Assembly: GCA_965261735.1 (NCBI GenBank)
Contig: OZ253470.1
Coordinates: 992,001 to 1,056,000 of the forward strand
Direction: 5' to 3'
From: Alphaproteobacteria bacterium
Lineage (GTDB): Bacteria; Pseudomonadota; Alphaproteobacteria; SHVV01
DNA: 64,000 nt
Of this stretch, positions 22,068 to 31,660 are shown piece after piece. The position numbers and the translations under genes are program-made. How positions within the stretch are numbered: position 1 is the stretch's first letter; each line of letters opens with the position of its first letter. The notes below the pieces were generated by a model. That model searched no databases and was not told where the DNA came from. It saw only the letters and a program-made list of their open reading frames with translations.

Positions 22068-23744
22068 ATGGCCGACGCGACATCCGAGAGCCAAGAAACG
22101 CCGGAACGGGAATCGATGTCCTACGACGTGGTCATCGTCGGCGCCGGGCCGTCGGGTCTCGGCGCGGCGATCCAACTGCGTCAGCTGTGTCGCGAGCACG
22201 ATGCGGACTTCAGCGTGTGCGTGGTCGAGAAGGGCTCCGAGGTCGGCGCCCATATTCTATCGGGCGCCGTGCTCGAGCCCCGGGCCCTCGACGAGCTCCT
22301 CCCCGATTGGCGCGACAGCGGAGCCCCGGTGAGCGTCCCGGTCACGGAAGACCGGTTCCTGTTTCTCAGCGAAAGGAGCGCCTGGCGCTGGCCTTCCTGG
22401 CTCATGCCGCGCGAGTTCGACAACCACGGCAACTACGTCATCAGCCTCGGCAATCTGTGCCGCTGGTTGGCGGCGCAGGCGGAGGAGCTCGGGGTCGAGA
22501 TCTACCCGGGCTTTGCCGCCGCGGAAGTGCTCTACCGCGAGGACGGCTCGGTCAAGGGCGTCGCCACCGGGAACATGGGCGTGGCCCGGGACGGTGAGCG
22601 CAAGCCGAACTTCGAGCCCGGCATCGAGCTACACGCGAGCTATACCCTGTTCGCTGAGGGGTGCCGGGGATCGCTCACCAAGACGTTGTTCGACCGATTC
22701 GGCTTGCGCGACGGCGTGGACCCGCAAACCTACGGGATCGGAATCAAGGAGCTGTGGGAGGTCGAAGCCGACAAGCATCGCCCCGGACTCGTCACCCATA
22801 CCGCCGGCTGGCCGCTCGATCGCGGCACCTATGGCGGCTCTTTTCTGTATCACCTCGACAACAATCAGGTCGCGGTCGGCTTCGTGGTCGCGCTCGACTA
22901 CGCCAATCCCCACCTCGATCCCTATCAGGAGTTTCAACGCTTCAAGGCCCATCCCCGAATCCGCCCCCTATTCGAGGGCGGGTCGCGGATCGCCTACGGG
23001 GCGCGGGCGATCAACGAGGGCGGGTGGCAGGCGATCCCCAAGCTCACCTTCCCGGGCGGCGCCCTCATAGGCTGCGCGGCCGGCTTCCTCAACGTGCCCA
23101 AGATCAAAGGCAGCCACACCGCGATGAAGAGCGGGATGATGGCGGCCGAGGCCGCGTTCGACGCACTGAACGCAGGCGTCGGCACAGCCGAGCTCGGCGG
23201 CTATCCGGTCCGCTTCGCGGCGTCGTGGGTCAATGACGAGCTGCGCCGGGTGCGCAATTTCCGGCCCGCCTTTCGGGCCGGAATCCTACTCGGAACGCTC
23301 TACAGCGGCTTCGAACTGATGGTGCTACGCGGCCGGGCGCCGTGGACCCTTCATCACCATCCCGACCACACGCGCTTGAAGAGGGCGAGCGAGTGCGCGC
23401 CGATCGCCTACCCCAAGCCGGACGGGGTCGTCACCTTCGACCGCATGTCCTCGGTCTTCATCTCCAACACCAATCACGAGGAGGACCAGCCGGTTCACCT
23501 AAGGCTCAAGGATCCGTCCGTGCCGATCCGCCTCAACCTCGAGGCCTACGATGCGCCCGAGCAACGCTACTGCCCCGCCGGCGTTTACGAGATCGTGAGC
23601 GATGAGGGGGGCGACAATCCGCGACTCCAGATCAACGCGCAGAACTGCGTCCACTGCAAGACGTGCGACATCAAGGACCCGACCCAGAACATCGACTGGG
23701 TCACGCCCGAGGGCGGCGGCGGGCCCAACTACCCCAACATGTGA
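22068..23744 (+). CDS. Electron transfer flavoprotein-ubiquinone oxidoreductase
   Basis: GAGPSG FAD motif, [27 protein letters not shown]...CVHCKTC. Confidence 0.96.
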   Translation: MADATSESQETPERESMSYDVVIVGAGPSGLGAAIQLRQLCREHDADFSVCVVEKGSEVGAHILSGAVLEPRALDELLPDWRDSGAPVSVPVTEDRFLFLSERSAWRWPSWLMPREFDNHGNYVISLGNLCRWLAAQAEELGVEIYPGFAAAEVLYREDGSVKGVATGNMGVARDGERKPNFEPGIELHASYTLFAEGCRGSLTKTLFDRFGLRDGVDPQTYGIGIKELWEVEADKHRPGLVTHTAGWPLDRGTYGGSFLYHLDNNQVAVGFVVALDYANPHLDPYQEFQRFKAHPRIRPLFEGGSRIAYGARAINEGGWQAIPKLTFPGGALIGCAAGFLNVPKIKGSHTAMKSGMMAAEAAFDALNAGVGTAELGGYPVRFAASWVNDELRRVRNFRPAFRAGILLGTLYSGFELMVLRGRAPWTLHHHPDHTRLKRASECAPIAYPKPDGVVTFDRMSSVFISNTNHEEDQPVHLRLKDPSVPIRLNLEAYDAPEQRYCPAGVYEIVSDEGGDNPRLQINAQNCVHCKTCDIKDPTQNIDWVTPEGGGGPNYPNM

Positions 23745-23882
23745 GTGCCTTCGGGCGGTGTTCGAGAGCCGTGCGCGCGCAGTCGGGTCAATTTTGCGTT
23801 TGCGCCCCGTCCGCGAACGCTGGTTTTATAGGCTGATGAGTGCTGACCGTGCTGACCACTCGGGGTCGCGCATGCCGGCTAG

Positions 23883-25529
23883 GAGCGTGCGCCGTAGAAG
23901 TTTTGATGTTGGGCGATTGGCGCGCGGCCGCCGGAGAGGTGGGATTTTGGCCCGAGTGTGGATATCTGGCCCGCCCGACTCTGGGATGGAAATCCCAGAC
24001 CGGAAGGCCGGAAGGGAAGAGATTCGCGTTTCATACGCGGTCGATGGGCACTGCGCGCCCCGGATCAAGTGCGTTGGCAGGCCAGCACCTGCCTCAGCAC
24101 GTGGCCACCGTCCCCATCCGCTTGATGTTCAACGCCAAGCACACGAGGTCCCACTCGCCGCGCACCTTCGCCAAGCCTCGCAGGCTGAATCGTCGGAATC
24201 CGAGCACCTCCTTGATCCACCCGTTCGGCGCCTCCGAGAGCCACTTGCGTTGCGCGTACCGGGCTTTGCCCGCGGGGCTCGCCAGTTTCTCACCCATGCG
24301 GTGCGTGGCAGGGAGCCGGGCCGGGTCGACCGCCACCTGGGACTTGCCTTCACGCCCCAGCGCTACGTGCGCGTCGATGCCGCGATCTTCCAGCTCCAAC
24401 AGATCCGGCTCGTTGCAGTAGCCCGCATCGGCCAGTACCACCGCAGGCTCGACCCCAAACGTCTCGTTGATCTCGTCGAGCATCCCCACCAGCTGACCCT
24501 GGTCGCTGGCCTGTGGCCCCACCTGAGTCGCGACGATGATCTGGTGCTCCCCATCGACCGCCATCTGCGCGTTGTAGCACTGCTGGAACCCCTCGCTGCT
24601 GGTCTTCATGATCTGGCTCTCGGGATCGGTGAAATTGCTCTGCGCCTTCGGCTCGGGCTCGCCGTAGGCCCGCTTGTAAGGCCGCCCGCCCCGGGGATTG
24701 CGGTCCTGCCCCGGCTCGCGCCCGCGCTCATCGTCGCGCCCGCGTTGCGCCGCCTCCAAACGCGCTTTGGCTGCCTGGATCGCCGCCAGGCGCTTCTCCC
24801 TGCGTTGCAACTCCTCGGGCAACTCGTCGCCCCGGAAATCCTCGCCCCAACGCTCGTCTTCTTCGGCGTCCACCATCCCCGCCGTCGTCAGCAGCGCCTC
24901 GATCTCCGCCTGCAAGCGAGCCGCCTCTTTGCCCATCCGCTCATAGCTCATCGCCTTGCGCTTGCTCGCGTTCGCTCGCACCTTCGTCCCGTCGACCGAG
25001 AGCTTGCCGAACCGCGCCAGTCCCATCTCGCGCGCCACCTGCACCACCCCCACAAACAGCTCGCTGAACTCCGCCAGATGTCGGCGTCGGAACTCACATA
25101 CCGTGCGATGTTGCGGGAAGTTGCCCGCCGCGAGCATCCTAAACGCTACATCCTCCTCCAGCTTCCTCGCCACCGCGCGCGAGGAGAATGTGCCCGTCGC
25201 GTAGGCATAGATCAGCACCTTGACCATCATCGACGGCTCGTAGGGGGCGTTGCGTCGACCGTCCCCCTCGTAGGGCGCATAGAACGCCGTCAAGTCCAGT
25301 GCATCGACCACATCGCTGACGTGATGAGCCAGGTGCCCTGGGGAAACCCACTCCTGCAAGTCCGGCGGCAAAAGCAAGGGTTGGTCCGGCTGGTAGGCAC
25401 GAAACGTGGTCGGCATCGGGAGTTCCCACACGCAACTGGCGTATCGGATCATACTTCCCCCTGCGCAAATCCACCCACAACCCGTCCGCTATCAACTTTG
25501 CCGCGCGGACCTTTCTGCGGCGCACGCTC
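23883..25529 (-). mobile_element. IS1182-like element
   Basis: IR GAGCGTGCGCCG(T/C)AGAA at both ends; CTAG duplicated at 23879 and 25530. Confidence 0.88.
24094..25416 (-). CDS. IS1182-family transposase
   Basis: LLLPPDL, YAYATGTFSSR, VDGTKVRANAS, NFTDPES, LADAGY, GFRRFSLRG. Confidence 0.88.
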   Translation of the reverse strand: MPTTFRAYQPDQPLLLPPDLQEWVSPGHLAHHVSDVVDALDLTAFYAPYEGDGRRNAPYEPSMMVKVLIYAYATGTFSSRAVARKLEEDVAFRMLAAGNFPQHRTVCEFRRRHLAEFSELFVGVVQVAREMGLARFGKLSVDGTKVRANASKRKAMSYERMGKEAARLQAEIEALLTTAGMVDAEEDERWGEDFRGDELPEELQRREKRLAAIQAAKARLEAAQRGRDDERGREPGQDRNPRGGRPYKRAYGEPEPKAQSNFTDPESQIMKTSSEGFQQCYNAQMAVDGEHQIIVATQVGPQASDQGQLVGMLDEINETFGVEPAVVLADAGYCNEPDLLELEDRGIDAHVALGREGKSQVAVDPARLPATHRMGEKLASPAGKARYAQRKWLSEAPNGWIKEVLGFRRFSLRGLAKVRGEWDLVCLALNIKRMGTVATC

Positions 25530-27298
25530 CTAGGTGGAAGGCGTGGCGTTTGGACCGTGGGGGCGCCTCGCCGGTCGTGGCCCTGATGGCCTTGGCCGCG
25601 ATCGCCGGCTGCGCGAACGGTACCCCGCGCACGATCGTCGCGGCGGAACCCCTCGTGAGGATCGCGGCGGCAGAAGCGGGGTCGCTTTCGAGCTCGGCCC
25701 TGGGCCAGTACCTTGCGGCAAGGCAAGCGCGGGCCGGTGGTGATACGGGGGCGGCCGCGGAGTTCTTCCTGCACGCGCTCGAGGCCGATCCGGACAACCA
25801 GCGACTGCTGCGCGAGACCTTCGCGGTTCTACTCGCCGGCGGGCGCATGGAGGAGGCGACTGAGCTTGCGGCGCGCTTGGTCGAGACGAACGCGCGGGCT
25901 GGTCTTGCCAATGTGGTGTTGGGCGTTGCGGAGATAAAGGCCGGCCACTTCGGCGCCGCGCGGGAGCGCCTTCGCAAGACCTCGAAACGGCAGTCCAATG
26001 CGCTGTTGGTGCCGCTGCTCACGGCGTGGGCGGAGCTCGGTCAAGGTGAAACGGACGCGGCCGTCGAGGCTTTATCGGAGCTGTCACGAAACCAGTCGTT
26101 CGATCCCTACCGCAGCTTCCATGGCGCGCTGGTCAACGACGTGGCGGGCCGCGCCGCCGATGCGGAGGAGGCCTTTCGCGCTACGCTCGCGGGTAAGCGT
26201 TCCGGCGCCATCAGGGTTGCCTTGGCGCTCGGCAACTTCCTCGAGCGCCAGGAGCGAAGGGCCGAGGCGAAGGAGGTCTATCGGGCGGGCTTGGCCGAAG
26301 ATCCGGACGATCCCCTGATCGCGCGAGCGCTCGACCTCGAATCTGGCGCGCCAGTGCCGGCGCGGTTTGTCGCCACGATTGGCGATGGCGCGGCGGAGGC
26401 GCTCTACGGCGTGGCCGCCACCCTGGCCGCCGATGGTGCCTACGAGGCGGCCGCGAACTACGCGCGTCTGGCGATCGACCTCAAGACCGAGTTCCCGGCG
26501 GCGCAGATGCTTCTCGGCAATCTGCTCGAATCGGGGCGGCGCTGGTCGGAGGCGGCCGCCGCGTTCGAAGGGATCGATCTGCGCTCGCCCTACTCCTGGG
26601 ATGCGCGCATCCGGGTCGCGGTGCTGCTCGATCGCCGGGATCGCGTGGACGAGGCCATTGTCCTCTTGCGCTCGCTCGCCGATGAGCGGCCGGCAAGCAT
26701 GGACGCTCTCATTGCCCTCGGCGATCTCTATCGCGAAAAGGAGCAATGGCCAGAGGCGGTGGCCGAGTATGATCGTGCGGCGGCGCGCGTGGGCACCCCG
26801 ACCGAAAACGCCTGGGCGTTGTTCTACACCCGCGGCATCGCGCTCGAGCGGGCGCGCCAATGGCCGCGGGCGGAAGCCGACTTCCTGCGAGCGCTCGAGC
26901 TCAGGCCCGAACATCCCCTGGTCCTCAACTACCTCGGCTACTCCTGGGTCGACCAGGGCCTCCACCTAGAGCGGGCGCTCGGCATGATCAAGAAAGCGGT
27001 CGAGCTCCGCCCGCGCGACGGCTACATCATCGATAGCCTAGGCTGGGTGCTCTATCGCATGGACAGGTTCGGCGAAGCGGTCAAGAACCTTGAGCGTGCC
27101 GTCGAGCTGCGCCCGACTGACCCGGTCATCAACGACCATCTCGGCGACGCCTATTGGCGGGTCGGCCGCACCAACGAGGCCCGTTTCCAGTGGCGGCGCG
27201 CGCTCTCGCTCAAGCCCGAAGCCGATACCATGCCGACGATTCGGCGCAAGATCGAAGAGGGGCTCCCCGCCGACGGCGCGAGCGAGCATGGCGGTTAG
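25530..27298 (+). CDS. TPR-repeat lipoprotein; first codons separated by the IS
   Basis: LAAIAGC lipobox; LNYLGYSW, IDSLGW, INDHLGDAYW TPR motifs; position upstream of ispE. Confidence 0.88.
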
Positions 27299-28196
27299 CG
27301 ACAGGGGCGCCCCACCGCTGGTGCGATGGACGGCCTACGCCAAGATCAACCTGTACCTACACGTTGTCGGCAGGCGCGCCGACGGTCTGCACCTTATCGA
27401 CAGCCTCATCGCATTTGCGGCGATCGGCGACGAAGTCCGCGCCACCCCCGCGGGCGACCTGAGCCTCGAGGTCGGCGGCCCGTTTGCCGACGGCTTGCGC
27501 GATAACGAGGACAACCTGGTGCTGCACGCGGCCCGCGCGCTGGCTGCGACGAGCGCCGAGCCCGTCGGCGCGCGCCTCGCCCTGACAAAAAACCTGCCCG
27601 TCGCCGCCGGTCTCGGCGGCGGCTCGGCCGATGCGGCGGCCGCACTACGGCTTTTGGCCCGCCTGTGGCGCTCCGGTCTTACCGAGCCGGACCTGCTTGC
27701 GCTCGCGGCCTCGATCGGTACGGATGTTCCGGCCTGCCTGGTTGGGCGCCCGCTGTACGTGGCAGGCGTCGGCGATGAAATCACGCCGGCACCCGCTCTG
27801 CCGTCGGTCCATGTCGCTCTGGTCAACCCGGGCGTGGAACTCACCACGGCCGAGGTGTACGCGGCGTTCTCGGGCCCGGGCTCGCCACCCCCGGACCGCC
27901 CGCCAACCGTGACCGACCTAGCCGACCTCGTGAGCCTCCTGTCGCTTGCGCGAAACGATCTTGCGGCCGCGGCGAGCGAGCTGGAGCCAACGATCGGGCG
28001 GGTTCTCGCATGCCTTGGGCGAGAGCCCGACTGCCTGCTCGCGCGCATGTCGGGAAGCGGCGCCACCTGCTTCGGGCTATTTGCCGACGAGCGCGCCGCG
28101 CGTCGCGCCGCCGCGAGCGTGCGGGCGAGCAACCGCGGGTGGTGGACCGCGCACGCGCCCCTGCTGCGCCCGGCCGCGGTCGCGCGCGCGGCCTGA
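27288..28196 (+). CDS. ispE: 4-diphosphocytidyl-2-C-methyl-D-erythritol kinase
   Basis: AKINLYL, KNLPVAAGLGGGSADAA, RMSGSGATCF. Confidence 0.95.
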   Translation: MAVSDRGAPPLVRWTAYAKINLYLHVVGRRADGLHLIDSLIAFAAIGDEVRATPAGDLSLEVGGPFADGLRDNEDNLVLHAARALAATSAEPVGARLALTKNLPVAAGLGGGSADAAAALRLLARLWRSGLTEPDLLALAASIGTDVPACLVGRPLYVAGVGDEITPAPALPSVHVALVNPGVELTTAEVYAAFSGPGSPPPDRPPTVTDLADLVSLLSLARNDLAAAASELEPTIGRVLACLGREPDCLLARMSGSGATCFGLFADERAARRAAASVRASNRGWWTAHAPLLRPAAVARAA

Positions 28197-28245
28197 GGTA
28201 CTTTCCGTGACTCTGCCCAAGGTCGCGCCGCGCGAGGCGGGTGGC

Positions 28246-29039
28246 ATGGCGACGCGGGCGGCGACGGCGGTCTGCGCCATGGCGCTCGGGGCCTGCGCCG
28301 CGGTGGCGGATCTGTCGAACGTCCCGTCCGACATCGTCCGCACCTGGGACCGGGCCGTGGTCGTGCTACCGTCGGAGGGCGGGATGCCGGTGGTGGCAAG
28401 GATGGACGATGGCCGGATCGCGCGCTGGCGCAAGACGCGGCCGCCCGGACGCACGTTTCCGGTGGTGTTGTATATGCATGGCTGCGACGGAATCGGCAAT
28501 CTCGCGTTCTTTCGTGCGCTGGCCAACGCGGGGTATGCGGTCGTGGCGCCGGACAGCATGGCGCGGCGTTTTCGCCCGCTGCAGTGTGACCCCAAGACGC
28601 GCACCGGCGGGTACCACCTGTTCGTCTACGACTTTCGGTTGGCCGAAATCAGCTATGCCCTCGAGCGACTCGAATCCATCGACTGGATCGATCGCGGCAA
28701 CCTGTTTCTGGTTGGCGCCAGTGAGGGCGGGGTCGCCACCGCGCTCTACAGGGGCGATGCGTTTCGTGCGCGCATCATCGCGCAGTGGACGTGCCATGGT
28801 GCGCCTGTTGTCCACGGCCTCGCCGCGCCGCCGGAAACGCCGGTTCTCGCGATCGTCAATGGCGGCGATCCGTGGTACGGCGAACGAGCGGCCAGCGAGG
28901 GGACTGCGGCGCCTTCATGGCCGGGCACCTGCTGTCGCGCTCGATCGTGCTCGACGACAGCGCCACCCACGATGTGTTCGCCGATCCCGCCAACGTGAAG
29001 GCCATGCTGGATTTTCTCGATGGCGCGCGTCGTCGGTGA
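28246..29039 (+). pseudogene. Dienelactone hydrolase-like lipoprotein, frameshifted near 28890
   Basis: ALGAC lipobox, YMHGCDG, GASEGG nucleophile; C-terminus (GDCGAF...THDVF) in another frame. Confidence 0.6.
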
Positions 29040-29261
29040 GGTCGCGCCCATGGGCGTGATGAGGGCGCGACACGACTGTGGCAGAATTATCACAGTCGCC
29101 AGGAGTGTGCGCCACCGGGGCCGTCCATGACTTGCGCGCCAAGGTAGCGCTGGCTATGTTGATCAAAGCGACTCACAATATTAAGAGTCGAGCGCCGGAG
29201 TGAGATCGCGCGGCGGGGCGGGCGATTGGCGGGCGGCTCGCTTGCGAGTAGGCCTGAAAGA

Positions 29262-29455
29262 GGGTGCGAGTCTCGCATGGCAGTGATGTCTGCGGCTTGG
29301 TTCGTTGAGTTCAGGCAGCGATTGCCATGGCTGCTGCACGTGGACTGATGTTGTCGTTGGCCGGTGTGTCGGTTGCGCTGATCAGGGCCTTCCATGCCCG
29401 CTCGAAGCGGCCGGATTTGATCAGGGGCGGAAGGTCAGAACAGCCTGTCCGCCAG
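29262..29455 (-). mobile_element. Transposase C-terminal remnant and end of an IS (ISKra4/ISLre2-like)
   Basis: GGQAVLTFR-(shift)-LIKSGRFERAW...PANDN*; lower GC; putative end GGGTGCGAGTCTC; family assigned from memory of motifs. Confidence 0.55.
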
Positions 29456-29794
29456 CCCGCCGCCTCGTTCAGCTGCACCAGCTCGTCCTCGCCCTCGCGC
29501 GCACGGATCTCGGCGATGATTGCGTCGGCGACCGGCGAGGGCGCCTTCCCCATGCACAGCAGGCGGATCACGCCGGGTGCCGTGTCGATTGCTTTTGCGC
29601 GCGCCGCCGCCGAGATCGCTGCGCACGAACAGGTAGCGCGGGAACAGGGGCGTCGCGATCCAGTCCGTGCGACGCGCATGGCGGCGGCGCTTGAGGCAGC
29701 GCGGCAGATACACCTCGATGCCGCGCTCCCACAGGTTGCTGCGGGCCCACAGCTCGCTACCCGCCTGCGTGTGGACGGCGTACCAGCGCGTCAT
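29456..29794 (-). pseudogene. NusG/RfaH-like antiterminator paralogue, frameshifted and lacking the KOW domain
   Basis: RWYAVHTQ, EVYLP, PLFPRYLFV, then shifted AIDTAPGVIRLL. Confidence 0.8.
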
Positions 29795-30450
29795 GCGCCG
29801 CCCTCCCGGACCGCGCCATCGGGCGCGCGGACGATCTTGAGCAGGGGTGGGATCAGGATGCGTTCCTCGGCGAGCTCGTTCGCCAGCGCCTCGTAAGCGG
29901 CCTGCGGCCTTTTGAGCTCGGTCACGACGACGGCGTCGAGGTCCCCGAGCTCTTCCAGGCGCGCCACCCTCGGTAGCTGCCTGAACGTCTGTCCGTCGAC
30001 CCTGCCGTCGACGACGCCGACGATCTCGACCTGATGCTGCAGTGCGCACAGCTGCGCGATCTCGGCGAGCTCCCCCGCCCCGCACAGCCCGACGCGACGC
30101 CAGCCGCGGGCCGCGCAGCGCGCCAGCAGTTCGTCGAACTGGTTGCGGGCCTGGCGGTAGAGGTGCAGCGAGCTCGCCAGGTAGCGCGCGGTCAGGCGGC
30201 TCTTTTCAGCGAACCCCTTGGGCGTGACGTAGTAGGCATAGCGGTTGGCCGGTGCCTGCGAGGCCTTGATCCAGCCGCGGTGAATGCAGCGCCTGAGATA
30301 GGCGTTGGTAAGGCCGAGGGCGATGCCGAGTTCGCGCGCCAGCGAACGCTGCGAGATGCTCGCGTTATCGCGCACCGTGTCGAGGAGATCGAGTGTGATG
30401 CGGCTCTCGGCATCGTTCTCACCGCGCCCCGACGCCGGACTGCTCGGCAT
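29791..30450 (-). CDS. Winged-helix (EPS-associated MarR-type) regulator
   Basis: SQRSLARELGIALGLTNAYL, YAYYVTPKGFAEK; C-terminal Rossmann-like GAGELA. Confidence 0.85.
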   Translation of the reverse strand: MPSSPASGRGENDAESRITLDLLDTVRDNASISQRSLARELGIALGLTNAYLRRCIHRGWIKASQAPANRYAYYVTPKGFAEKSRLTARYLASSLHLYRQARNQFDELLARCAARGWRRVGLCGAGELAEIAQLCALQHQVEIVGVVDGRVDGQTFRQLPRVARLEELGDLDAVVVTELKRPQAAYEALANELAEERILIPPLLKIVRAPDGAVREGGA

Positions 30451-30495
30451 CTCGCCCCCATCCCTGCCGCCGCCAATCCGCCCCAGCGGCGAGCC

Positions 30496-30536
30496 GTGTT
30501 CGCGGCGCGAACACTACTGCGTTCACGCCATGAACG
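30496..30536. promoter_or_regulatory. Two tandem palindromes GTTC-N7-GAAC (putative operators)
   Basis: GTGTTCGCGGCGCGAACAC and CGTTCACGCCATGAACG just upstream of the wHTH gene. Confidence 0.55.
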
Positions 30537-30556
30537 TCAAGCCTGGGCGCGGCCGT

Positions 30557-31636
30557 TCAGGGTGCCGCGGCGGACTCGAGTGGGCCCCTGCGCGGCGCGC
30601 CGGCAATGCCCGAGAAACGGCTCGGGATGCGCTGGATATCGCGCATCACCTCGGAGGGCAGGTCGGGCCAGGCCTCCTCGGCAATGCCGAGGGTCACCGT
30701 GTCGGCGACGCCACCGAAGCGCGCTTCGATCTCGCCGGCGATGACGGCGTGGGTGCCGACGGCGGCGAACAGGTGCACGACCTCGTCGGGGATTTCCGCG
30801 GCCATGGCCGCCCAGGCGCCGCGGCGCGAGAGCTCGCGCAGCTTAGGCTCGAGGTCGGCGAGGCCGTGGAGCTCGAACACCTGCCGGTAGGCCGGCGTCG
30901 AGCCATAAAAGGCGACGCGGCCGCGGACCTCCTCGAAGCGCGCAGCGACGGTGGCCTCATCGGCGCCGGTGGCGATGAAGCCGCCGCCGCAGATCTCGAA
31001 GTGGCTGCGCGCGCGGCCACCGTTGGCGAGGCCTTCCTCGAGGCGCCGGACGACGACCTCCTCGAGATAGCGGCGGGTGCAGAAGGCGTGCAGCCTGACG
31101 CCATCGCAGGCTTCGCCGGCGAGGCGCAGCATCGCCGGCCCGACGGCGGCGATCGTGATCGGCGGTGGCGCGAGCCCGCTTGGGGCCGGCGCGAAGTTCG
31201 GGGTCATGAGCGTGAAGCGGTAGTGCTCGCCGCGGTAGTCGAGCGGCTCGCCCGTCTCCCAGCAGCGCCAGATCGCGCGTAAAGCGCCGACGTATTCGCG
31301 CATGCGCGGCGCCGGCGCGCTCCACGGCACACTGAAGCGGCGCTCGTTGTGGGCCTTGATCTGGCTGCCGAGCCCCATGACGAAGCGGCCGCGCGACGCG
31401 GTATGCAGGTCCCAGCCTTGGTGCGCCGCCGACATCGGGCTGCGGGCGAAGGCGATCGCGACGCCGGTCGCGAGCTCGACACGCGCCGTCGCCGTCGCCG
31501 CGACGGCGAGCGGGAGGAACGGATCGTGCGCCTGCTCCGACGTCATCACGCCGTCATAGCCGGCGGCCTCGGCGGTGCGCGCGGCTTCGGCGACGGCGTT
31601 CAAGTCGGCCTGCGGCAGGCTCGCGATGACACGCAT
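30557..31636 (-). CDS. LLM-class oxidoreductase, probable F420-dependent (TIGR03617-like)
   Basis: HDPFLPL, AIAFARSP, GLGSQIKAHNERRF, AFYGSTPAY. Confidence 0.85.
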   Translation of the reverse strand: MRVIASLPQADLNAVAEAARTAEAAGYDGVMTSEQAHDPFLPLAVAATATARVELATGVAIAFARSPMSAAHQGWDLHTASRGRFVMGLGSQIKAHNERRFSVPWSAPAPRMREYVGALRAIWRCWETGEPLDYRGEHYRFTLMTPNFAPAPSGLAPPPITIAAVGPAMLRLAGEACDGVRLHAFCTRRYLEEVVVRRLEEGLANGGRARSHFEICGGGFIATGADEATVAARFEEVRGRVAFYGSTPAYRQVFELHGLADLEPKLRELSRRGAWAAMAAEIPDEVVHLFAAVGTHAVIAGEIEARFGGVADTVTLGIAEEAWPDLPSEVMRDIQRIPSRFSGIAGAPRRGPLESAAAP

Positions 31637-31660
31637 TCTCGGGCCTCGGGTGAGCGGCGG

